Of a stretch of DNA of 64,000 nucleotides, positions 1 to 7,650 are shown in pieces. The stretch's first letter is position 1; each line of letters opens with the position of its first letter. A model generated the notes under the pieces. The model saw only the letters and a program-made list of their open reading frames with translations. It did no database searches and was not told where the DNA came from. The stretch is taken from assembly GCA_041661545.1 (NCBI GenBank), contig JBAZUH010000001.1:403877-467876 (forward strand), read 5' to 3'. The DNA comes from Candidatus Staskawiczbacteria bacterium. GTDB lineage: Bacteria > Patescibacteriota > Minisyncoccia > Minisyncoccales > Staskawiczbacteraceae. A program made the translations under genes and the position numbers.

Positions 1-23
1 ACCAACCAACGGAAACAACCAAA

Positions 24-584
24 ATGAAAAATTTCCTAGTTCTATTGGGCACGCCAATCGTATCGGCCATTATCTTTTACTACGCGCTGGAATATGAATA
101 TTACATATTGGGGTACATCCTTTCTTCGCTAGTAGTTATCTGTGGGGTTACTATCATTTTATTCCCTCGCCGGTCTAAGCCAATTTGCTTAGCAATACCA
201 AAATCGGCCAGCGAGCCAGCGAAAGTGCCAATGAAATGCATGGAATTTGTTGATGCTATGTGGCCCGTGACAGAGCAATTCCCCAATGCCAGCGTATATC
301 TCAACGATTGGTACGACGGTCTATTGCCAGCCGAATGGGACACAATTAGCAGCCAACAGCTCGATGAAAAATGGCTGGCTAAATTTGTTGAAGATATAAC
401 TGACTTTTTCCAAAAATCAATAGCGTCGGCTGATGACGAACTCGGCCAAAAGCTGATGCTTGAGGGTCATGCCTTTATTCTAGCTATCGCCGTGAAGTGC
501 ACCCTGCTTGAACTCAACGTAAGTAGTATCAATTTCAACCCACCGCTTTCACCAAGGGAAGCTTTTGCCGGAGCCACTGGCTAG
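24..584 (+). CDS. hypothetical membrane protein on a G+C-elevated segment
   Basis: 186-aa ORF with two hydrophobic N-terminal helices (FLVLLGTPIVSAIIFYYAL, ILGYILSSLVVICGVTIILF). No recognisable family. Followed by a strong terminator at 636-676. Confidence 0.5.
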   Translation: MKNFLVLLGTPIVSAIIFYYALEYEYYILGYILSSLVVICGVTIILFPRRSKPICLAIPKSASEPAKVPMKCMEFVDAMWPVTEQFPNASVYLNDWYDGLLPAEWDTISSQQLDEKWLAKFVEDITDFFQKSIASADDELGQKLMLEGHAFILAIAVKCTLLELNVSSINFNPPLSPREAFAGATG

Positions 585-635
585 TTTTGTCGCGACAGAT
601 ATAATCTGTATTCGCGATTTTTTTTATAAGAACTT

Positions 636-676
636 GCCCCGTTAGAAAACAAGCTTTCTAACGGGGCTTGCTTTTT
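636..676 (+). terminator. rho-independent terminator
   Basis: 13-bp stem gccccgttagaaa / tttctaacggggc followed by ttgcttttt. Confidence 0.75.
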
Positions 677-722
677 GGCAATAAATATGGTATCTTTAAA
701 TACCTAGTAATTAAAGTCAATT

Positions 723-986
723 ATGATATTAATAAGCAAGGAACAATTTTTAGAGGAACATAATAAGCTATCTCCCTCTAACTTACAGGCTACTCTAACT
801 TTGCTTGATAGATTTAAAGAAGAAAAAAAACCTCTTATAAAAGATGACAGCTGGTGTTTAGATAAACACAGAATTCCCTTTATCTCTTGGCTAACATCTA
901 TTCAAAAAGAACCAGCTAAAAGTGGCTACATATCTAAGAAAAAAGAAATATTTAGAAATTACCCCGAAACTCACTACGAAAGTTAA
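723..986 (+). CDS. hypothetical protein
   Basis: 87-aa ORF bounded by terminators at 636-676 and 991-1019. No family recognised. Confidence 0.4.
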   Translation: MILISKEQFLEEHNKLSPSNLQATLTLLDRFKEEKKPLIKDDSWCLDKHRIPFISWLTSIQKEPAKSGYISKKKEIFRNYPETHYES

Positions 987-990
987 AACA

Positions 991-1019
991 AAAAAATCGC
1001 CCTTTTAGGGCGGTTTTTT
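991..1019 (+). terminator. rho-independent terminator
   Basis: Hairpin cgccc-tttta-gggcg followed by a T-run. Confidence 0.7.
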
Positions 1020-1076
1020 AATCCGCCTTCGCTTGAAAGCTTCGGCGAGACAAGGTAAAATGAATTAATAAAAATT

Positions 1077-1877
1077 ATGTTTGATTATATCTCGGCAATA
1101 ATATTGGGCATTGTAGAAGGGTTTACAGAATTTTTACCCATTTCTTCTACTGGTCACCTTATTTTAGTAAATCAATTTATAACTTTTGATAAAGATTTTA
1201 CCTTCTTATTTGATATTGTTATACAACTAGGAGCAATTCTAGCTGTTGTTGTTTATTTCTGGAAAAGACTTTGGCCATTCAAAAAAGATATTACTGAAGG
1301 TAAAAAAATATGGGCAATTTGGTTTAAAACAATAATAGGAGTATTGCCAGCTGTATTATTGGGGGCATTATTTGCTAGCAAAATAGAAGAAAAATTATTT
1401 AATCCCTGGACAGTTGCCATTACCCTATTAATTGGTGGAATAATTATTTTATTTATTGAAAATAAAAATCATCAACCAAAAATTACAGATATTACTAATT
1501 TAAGCTATAAAATGGCTTTTTTAATAGGATTGGTTCAGTGCTTGTCTATGATTCCTGGAACTTCACGGGCTGGAGCAACAATTATAGGTGCTATGATTTT
1601 TGGAGCTTCGCGATTAGTGGCAACAGAATTTTCTTTCTTTTTGGCTATTCCAACAATGATTGCTGCATCAACCTGGAGCTTATTTAAGTATAAAGCACTT
1701 TTAAATGTTAACCAGAGCATTACCCTTTTAATTGGCTTTATTGTGTCTTTTATTGTAGCATTAGCAGTAGTAAAGTTTTTGATAAATTACGTTCAAAAAA
1801 ATAACTTTAAAATATTTGGTTATTATAGAATAATATTAGGAATAATAATTATTTTATCTTTTTTATGGATATATTAA
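1077..1877 (+). CDS. uppP: undecaprenyl-diphosphate phosphatase (BacA/UppP)
   Basis: 266 aa, multi-TM. N-terminal EGFTEFLPISSTGHLIL motif and PGTSRAGATI motif typical of UppP. Confidence 0.9.
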   Translation: MFDYISAIILGIVEGFTEFLPISSTGHLILVNQFITFDKDFTFLFDIVIQLGAILAVVVYFWKRLWPFKKDITEGKKIWAIWFKTIIGVLPAVLLGALFASKIEEKLFNPWTVAITLLIGGIIILFIENKNHQPKITDITNLSYKMAFLIGLVQCLSMIPGTSRAGATIIGAMIFGASRLVATEFSFFLAIPTMIAASTWSLFKYKALLNVNQSITLLIGFIVSFIVALAVVKFLINYVQKNNFKIFGYYRIILGIIIILSFLWIY

Positions 1878-2173
1878 TTGTAGGTTTAGTAATTGTTCTT
1901 GCATCAGGATTTTTGGGGTATATTATAGGAAGACTTGGGCATTATTATGTTAATTTTTGGATTGGTGACCCTAATTGGGCTCCTGACCATTGGATATATG
2001 GATTAATATTAATGATAATAGGCCTTGCTTTCTTTAGCGATAATATAGAATTATTAATTTTTTCTTTTGGTGCGGGGGTGCTTATAAGTGATTTAAGAGA
2101 TTTTTGCAAATTAAAATTCTACGGCTCAGACAATGAAACCAAAGAATCTAGAAAATTTTGGCACATAGATTAA
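1865..2173 (+). CDS. small integral membrane protein
   Basis: 102-aa ORF overlapping the uppP stop by 13 nt. Two to three hydrophobic helices. Confidence 0.5.
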   Translation: MDILIVGLVIVLASGFLGYIIGRLGHYYVNFWIGDPNWAPDHWIYGLILMIIGLAFFSDNIELLIFSFGAGVLISDLRDFCKLKFYGSDNETKESRKFWHID

Positions 2174-2194
2174 TTTTGTTAAACAAATAAAAAT

Positions 2195-4183
2195 ATGATG
2201 AAATATATAGAATCCCATGTTCCCGGTGATGATTCCGAAGAAATTCCAGAGGCTACCATTCCGCACGCTGAAGAAACGCCAGAACTTGATAAGCCCAAAA
2301 GCGAACCAAGAGGACAAAACCTCAAAAAAGCCGAGGAGCTTAAAGAATTATTTATTAATTTAACTATTGATAAAGGGGAAGGAGATAAGAAAGAATCTGT
2401 CTTTTTTAGCGAAGAAGAAGCAATCGCCCTGTCTCAAAATGAAAGGTTGCAGGCGCATCTTTCAACAACCTTGCAACTATTTATTACCCAACGGTTTATT
2501 CAAAATACTGATAATCTAAAAGTATCTTTAACAGAATGGAAAAAAGCTGTGATGAAAGCACCACAACTTCTGCAACAAAAACCCGAGGCTCTCAACGCTA
2601 ATGCTGAGGAGTCTGCTGTAGCTTTGGGGATAACAAAACAACAGTTTATGGAAGCTGTGATGAAAAAACCATCGCTGTTGCAACAAAAACCCGAGACTCT
2701 CAACGCTAATGCCGAGAATTCTGCCGTAGCTTTGGGGATAACAAAACAACAGTTTATGGAAGCTGTGATGAAATCGCCACAATTATTGCAACAAAAACCC
2801 GAAACTCTCAACGCTAATACTGAAGAGTCTGCTGTAGCTTTGGGGATAACAAAACAACAGTTTGTAGAAGCTACGATGAAGGCACCATCACTATTACAAC
2901 GGAAACCCGAGACGCTCAACGCTAATGCCGAAGAGTCTGCTGTAGCTTTGGGAATAACAAAACAGCAGTTTGTAGAAGCTACGATGAAGGCACCAGCACT
3001 ATTACAACAAAAACCCGAGACGCTCAACGCTAATGCTGAGGAGTCTGCTATAGTTTTGGGAGTATCGAAACAACAGTTTGTAGAAGCGGCGATGAAAGCA
3101 CCACAACTTCTGTATCAAAAACCTGAAACTCTTAACGCCAATGCTGAGGAATCTGCTGTAGCTTTGGGAGTATCGAAACAGCAGTTTATAAAAACTGCGA
3201 TGAAGATGCCACCACTATTGCAACGGAAGCCCGAGGCTCTCAACGCCAATGCTGAAGAGTCTGCTGTAGCTTTGGGAGTATCGAAACAGCAGTTTATAAA
3301 AACTGCGATGAAGGCACCACCACTATTGCAACGGAAACCCGAGGCTCTCAACGCTAATGCTGAGGAGTCTGCTGTAGCTTTGGGAGTATCAAAACAGCAG
3401 TTTGTGAAAACTGCGATGAAGGCACCAGCACTATTACAACAAAAACCCGAGACGCTCAACGCTAATGCCGAAGAGTCTGCTGTAGCTTTGGGAATAACAA
3501 AACAACAGTTTGTGGAAGCTGTGATGAAGGCACCAGGGCTATTATACCAAAAACCCGAGACTCTTAACGCTAATGCTGAGGAGTCTGCCGAGGCTCTAGG
3601 TATAACCAAACAGCAGTTTATAGAAGCTGTGATGAAGATGCCACCACTATTGCAACGGAAGCCCGAGGCTCTCAACGCCAATGCTGAGGAGTCTGCTGTA
3701 GCTTTGGGAATAACAAAACAGCAGTTTGTAGAAGCTGTGATAAATATGCCAGCACTATTACAACAAAAATCCGAGACTCTTAAAAATAAATTTAATATAT
3801 ATGAAAATATGATAGACCGTCCGCTGGAGATTGTACTTAACCACCCGATCTTACTTGGTATGGCCCCTGAGAGAATACTAGGTAGCTATATTGTATGTAA
3901 AATAAATCATAAAGAATTGTCAGCGAGAAGTTTTATGCCTAATCCATTGACATCTGCGCATAAAATATTAGCCGAATCTGATTTTAAAAAATTTGAACTA
4001 GCCTACAACTATCTCAATGAATTATCAAGAAAAATTAGAGATAGGAGCAGAAGGGGGGGTAGCGAAACTGAAGTTTATAACGAAATGCTTAAATTTACAG
4101 AAAGATTTTTTGGCAAAAAGAACGAACCTATAACACAAGAGCAACTTAACACGTTTGAAAGATACATTGAAAAACATTTATAA
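2195..4183 (+). CDS. tandem 36-residue helical-repeat protein (mTERF-like repeat spacing), function unknown
   Basis: 662-aa ORF with an acidic N-terminus, 11 near-identical 36-aa repeats plus degenerate flanking repeats, and a roughly 130-aa unique C-terminal region. Confidence 0.85.
   Translation: MMKYIESHVPGDDSEEIPEATIPHAEETPELDKPKSEPRGQNLKKAEELKELFINLTIDKGEGDKKESVFFSEEEAIALSQNERLQAHLSTTLQLFITQRFIQNTDNLKVSLTEWKKAVMKAPQLLQQKPEALNANAEESAVALGITKQQFMEAVMKKPSLLQQKPETLNANAENSAVALGITKQQFMEAVMKSPQLLQQKPETLNANTEESAVALGITKQQFVEATMKAPSLLQRKPETLNANAEESAVALGITKQQFVEATMKAPALLQQKPETLNANAEESAIVLGVSKQQFVEAAMKAPQLLYQKPETLNANAEESAVALGVSKQQFIKTAMKMPPLLQRKPEALNANAEESAVALGVSKQQFIKTAMKAPPLLQRKPEALNANAEESAVALGVSKQQFVKTAMKAPALLQQKPETLNANAEESAVALGITKQQFVEAVMKAPGLLYQKPETLNANAEESAEALGITKQQFIEAVMKMPPLLQRKPEALNANAEESAVALGITKQQFVEAVINMPALLQQKSETLKNKFNIYENMIDRPLEIVLNHPILLGMAPERILGSYIVCKINHKELSARSFMPNPLTSAHKILAESDFKKFELAYNYLNELSRKIRDRSRRGGSETEVYNEMLKFTERFFGKKNEPITQEQLNTFERYIEKHL
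2579..3766 (+). repeat. 11 x 108-bp in-frame tandem repeat array
   Basis: Each unit starts aaacccgag (KPE). The period is exactly 108 bp from 2579 to 3766. Unit 12 (from 3767, KSETLKNKF) is degenerate. Confidence 0.95.
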
Positions 4184-4199
4184 TAATTAAATAAATTCA

Positions 4200-4310
4200 C
4201 CCCCACACCAATCTCAAAAATGTATAATGTATTACCATAATAAAAAAGCGAAGCGACTTCGTCTATCATTGATGGTGTTACCTAGTCAATTAAAAAGATT
4301 GGTGTGGGGG
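4200..4310. repeat. 15-bp perfect inverted repeat pair bracketing the trxA upstream region
   Basis: cccccacaccaatct at 4200-4214 and agattggtgtggggg at 4296-4310. The interior contains tgtataatg (an extended -10-like box). Confidence 0.8.
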
Positions 4311-4318
4311 CAAAAGAT

Positions 4319-4639
4319 ATGAATATAACAGATAAAAATTTTGAAGAACAACTTAATGCTACAGATAAATTTGTTTTAGTAGATTTTTTTGCTACTTGGT
4401 GTGGGCCATGCCAAGTTTTAGGCCCAATTTTAGAAAGAGTGACGGAACATTTTAAAGATAGTGTTGTTTTATGGAAAATTGATGTAGATGTCTTCCCTAC
4501 CACCTCTCAAAAATTTGGCGTTGAAAAAATTCCCACAGTTTTTTTATTTAAAAATGGAAAGCCAGTAAATAATTTTGTGGGCTTAATCCCAGAAAATTCC
4601 ATTAAAGACTGGGTAGAAAATACCATTAAATCTAACTAA
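4319..4639 (+). CDS. trxA: thioredoxin
   Basis: WCGPC active site and thioredoxin fold length. ATG at 4319; the ORF track start at 4304 is a GTG lying inside the inverted-repeat arm. Confidence 0.9.
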   Translation: MNITDKNFEEQLNATDKFVLVDFFATWCGPCQVLGPILERVTEHFKDSVVLWKIDVDVFPTTSQKFGVEKIPTVFLFKNGKPVNNFVGLIPENSIKDWVENTIKSN

Positions 4640-4640
4640 T

Positions 4641-4916
4641 ATGACAGACAAAAAAGACATTGTAGAAAAATTAAAAAAAGATTTTACCGAGCACGCAAAA
4701 AATAATGGCTTTCAATTAAACCCCGACGAGAAAGTAGTAGAAAGAATCATAGACGGCCTTTTAAGGAATGAAGAAAAATATGGCGCACAATATTGCCCAT
4801 GCAGAAGAGTTTCTGGCGATAAAGAAGAAGATGCAAAAAAAATATGCCCATGTATTTGGCACAAAGATGAAGTAGAAAAAGGTGGGCATTGTTTTTGTAA
4901 CTTATACGTAAAATAA
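4641..4916 (+). CDS. ferredoxin:thioredoxin reductase catalytic-subunit-like protein
   Basis: 91 aa with the cysteine pattern YCPCRR...ICPCIWH...GHCFCNLY characteristic of the FTR catalytic chain. The ATG lies 1 nt after the trxA stop. Confidence 0.75.
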   Translation: MTDKKDIVEKLKKDFTEHAKNNGFQLNPDEKVVERIIDGLLRNEEKYGAQYCPCRRVSGDKEEDAKKICPCIWHKDEVEKGGHCFCNLYVK

Positions 4917-4920
4917 AAAT

Positions 4921-5910
4921 ATGATTGTAGATGATGTAAAAATAATGGTTTATGCTGGTCATGGCGGAAAGGGCATGTCAACTTTTAGTAAAATAAAATT
5001 TGTTAAAGGCCCAACTGGTGGAAATGGCGGAATAGGAGGAAATGTATTTCTTGAGGGTTGTGCTGATTTGGGGGCTTTACGACAATTTAGATTCAAAAAA
5101 GACTATAAAGCCAAAGATGGTGAAAATGGTAAATCTGGTTTACACGATGGTAGTAATGCCGAAGATTTTATTTTAAAGGTTCCCGTAGGTACTGTTTGTC
5201 ATAATTTGACTAAGCATACAGATATTGAAATTACTAAAATTGGGCAACGAGAAATGGTAGCAAAAGGTGGAATAGGAGGAAAAGGAAATTGGTACTTTAG
5301 AAGTGCAATTAATACAAGCCCAAAAGAATTCCAAACAGGAAAGCCTGGCGAGTGTTTTGAATTGCATCTAGAATTAAAAATGATTGCTGACGTTGGATTT
5401 GTTGGCTTACCAAACGTAGGAAAATCAAGTCTGTTAAACGAATTAACCAAAGCCAACGTAAAAGTAGCTAATTACCCTTTTACTACGCTAGAGCCCAATT
5501 TAGGCGTATATTACGACCTAATATTAGCCGACATTCCCGGCATTATTGAGGGTGCATCTACCGGCAAAGGACTTGGCATTAAATTTTTACGCCACATAGA
5601 AAGAACAAAAGTTTTATTTCATTTTATTTCTGCTGAATCTGTTGACCCCCTATTAGATTACAAAACTATAAGAAACGAACTTGAAACGTATAGCAATGTC
5701 TTGTTAGAAAAACCTGAATATATATTTTTGAGCAAAGCAGATATTATAGATAAAAATACTATTTTAAAAATAGAAAAAGATTTCAAAAAAATAAAAAAGG
5801 AAATTATACCTATTTCAATAATAGATATAGAAAGCTTAGATTTTATCAAAAAAACACTAAATACTTTAATTAAAGAAAAAACAGTGGTAAAATTAAATAA
5901 AGATTATTAA
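4921..5910 (+). CDS. obg: GTPase Obg/CgtA
   Basis: Gly-rich Obg fold (GGNGGIGGNVFL), G1 GLPNVGKSS, G3 DIPG, and the NK/SKAD region. Confidence 0.9.
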   Translation: MIVDDVKIMVYAGHGGKGMSTFSKIKFVKGPTGGNGGIGGNVFLEGCADLGALRQFRFKKDYKAKDGENGKSGLHDGSNAEDFILKVPVGTVCHNLTKHTDIEITKIGQREMVAKGGIGGKGNWYFRSAINTSPKEFQTGKPGECFELHLELKMIADVGFVGLPNVGKSSLLNELTKANVKVANYPFTTLEPNLGVYYDLILADIPGIIEGASTGKGLGIKFLRHIERTKVLFHFISAESVDPLLDYKTIRNELETYSNVLLEKPEYIFLSKADIIDKNTILKIEKDFKKIKKEIIPISIIDIESLDFIKKTLNTLIKEKTVVKLNKDY

Positions 5911-5922
5911 CAAAAAATAAAT

Positions 5923-6234
5923 ATGGACACTACTTTACTCATAGAAATAGTTATTGCTATTATTGTTGCATACTTTCTAATAAAATTTATTGTAAGCCCC
6001 TTAATTAAGCTAGTCGTTGGTATTTTAGCTGTTCTGACTATAATATATCTTTTACAACGATTTTTTGGTTTTGATATAGACAAAATAACAGAGCCTTTTG
6101 GAATATCTCTAAACTCTAGCGAATGGGGACAAAATTTTAGCTGGATTATAAATCCTATAAATTACGTTATAAACCAAATAGAAAGTTTTATAAAATTTGT
6201 TTTTGGCAACATAAGCGAAACAATAAATAATTAA
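5923..6234 (+). CDS. small membrane protein
   Basis: 103-aa ORF with two hydrophobic helices. Confidence 0.5.
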   Translation: MDTTLLIEIVIAIIVAYFLIKFIVSPLIKLVVGILAVLTIIYLLQRFFGFDIDKITEPFGISLNSSEWGQNFSWIINPINYVINQIESFIKFVFGNISETINN

Positions 6235-6245
6235 AAACATAAATT

Positions 6246-6371
6246 ATGGTTGGAGATATATTTTTATCAATAATTAACTTTTTAACTTATCCAACTTGGC
6301 ACTTGGTGGTATTATATGTAATTATATTTTTGATTGTAATTTGGTCAATGATAAAATCGTGGGGTTTTTAA
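6246..6371 (+). CDS. possible 41-aa membrane peptide
   Basis: ATG at 6246, TAA at 6369-6371. Translates to MVGDIFLSIINFLTYPTWHLVVLYVIIFLIVIWSMIKSWGF. Below the ORF-track length cutoff. Confidence 0.3.
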   Translation: MVGDIFLSIINFLTYPTWHLVVLYVIIFLIVIWSMIKSWGF

Positions 6372-6385
6372 TTTAAAATTAAACA

Positions 6386-6415
6386 AAAAGGACTAGGTTT
6401 AACCCAGTCCTTTTT
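6386..6415. terminator. bidirectional terminator (convergent with rpoD)
   Basis: aaaaaggactagg-tttaa-cccagtccttttt, with an A-run and a T-run on either side. Confidence 0.7.
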
Positions 6416-6417
6416 GT

Positions 6418-7638
6418 TTAGTAATAATCTTTAACTTTTTTGAGTTCTTTATGTTTTCTTAGTTTTTCTAGGGCTTTTGCTTGGATTTGACGAATTCTTT
6501 CTCTAGTTACGCCAAATTCTTCTCCAGTTTCCTCTAAAGTGTGCATTACGCCATCATCCAAACCAAACCTCATTCCTAAAATTTTCAATTCTCTTGGGGT
6601 TAGTTCACTAGAAATTTCTTTTAACCTGCTTTTTAACATTTTTCTAGAAGCTTCTGTATTGGGCGCTATAGTTTTATCATCTCTTATAAATTCAGCTAAA
6701 ACACTGTCTTGCTTATCTTTGTCTTCTCCAACAGGAGTTTCTAAAGAAACAGCTTTTTGAGCAATTTTTCTAATATGATGCACTTTATCAACTTCTAAAT
6801 CCATTTCAGCTGCAATTTCTTCGGCTAGTGGCTCTCTACCTAGTTCTTGTAAAAGATTTTTTCTAACTTTAGTATATTTAGAAATTGTTTCTATCATGTG
6901 CACAGGAATTCTAATTGTTCTAGCTTGATCGGCCAAAGCTCTTGTAATAGATTGTCTAATCCACCATGTAGCATAAGTAGAAAATTTATATCCCCGCCTC
7001 CAATCAAATTTTTTAACTGCTTTAAAAAGCCCCAGGTTTCCTTCTTGAATTAAATCTAACATTGTTAAATTAGGAGATCTTCCAACATATTTTTTAGCAA
7101 TAGAAACAACTAGTCTTAAATTTGCTAAAGCAAGCCTATTTTTTGCATCTTCATCTCCTGCTTCTATCCTTTTTGCTAATTCTTTTTCTTCTTTGGCAGA
7201 CAAAAAACTAGACTTTCCAATTTCTTTTAAATACATTTGTATTGGATCAATTTTACCAATAAGTGCTTTTTTAACTTTAGCTCCCTTAGCCCCTTTTTTA
7301 GGTTTTACCTCTAAAAACTCTTGCATCTCTTTTACTTGTACCCCTCTTTCTTTAAAATCATCATAAACTTTTTCTAATCCTTCTATATTATGTTCTATTT
7401 TGGGAAAAGCATATAAAATTTCCGAGGTTGTAACAAAACCCCTTTCTTCTCCCTTTTTTAAAAGGGTCTCTAATTGAACAGGGTCGATAACAGTTTTTTT
7501 ATGAACCCTTACAGTTTTATGAGCCTTTTTTATTTTTGCCTTTTTGCTTTTTTTTACCCTCTTAAGCTTTCCTTTAGAAAGTTTTGGCGGGTTAACCTTT
7601 TTTAATTTTGAGGCTTTCTTCTTTTTTTTCTTTGGCAT
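6418..7638 (-). CDS. rpoD: RNA polymerase sigma factor RpoD (sigma-70)
   Basis: Region 2 ([13 protein letters not shown]) and region 4 HTH ([24 protein letters not shown]). Lys-rich N-terminus. Confidence 0.95.
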   Translation of the reverse strand: MPKKKKKKASKLKKVNPPKLSKGKLKRVKKSKKAKIKKAHKTVRVHKKTVIDPVQLETLLKKGEERGFVTTSEILYAFPKIEHNIEGLEKVYDDFKERGVQVKEMQEFLEVKPKKGAKGAKVKKALIGKIDPIQMYLKEIGKSSFLSAKEEKELAKRIEAGDEDAKNRLALANLRLVVSIAKKYVGRSPNLTMLDLIQEGNLGLFKAVKKFDWRRGYKFSTYATWWIRQSITRALADQARTIRIPVHMIETISKYTKVRKNLLQELGREPLAEEIAAEMDLEVDKVHHIRKIAQKAVSLETPVGEDKDKQDSVLAEFIRDDKTIAPNTEASRKMLKSRLKEISSELTPRELKILGMRFGLDDGVMHTLEETGEEFGVTRERIRQIQAKALEKLRKHKELKKVKDYY

Positions 7639-7650
7639 ATATTTATTTCT

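Noticed and set aside
2500-3681. Long antisense ORFs (175, 84 and 188 aa) opposite the repeat-protein gene, and the idea that the 108-bp array is a CRISPR array.
   Set aside because: The antisense frames stay open only because the same stop-free unit is repeated. The array has no unique spacers, its period is exactly 108 bp in frame, and it translates into a coherent protein repeat.
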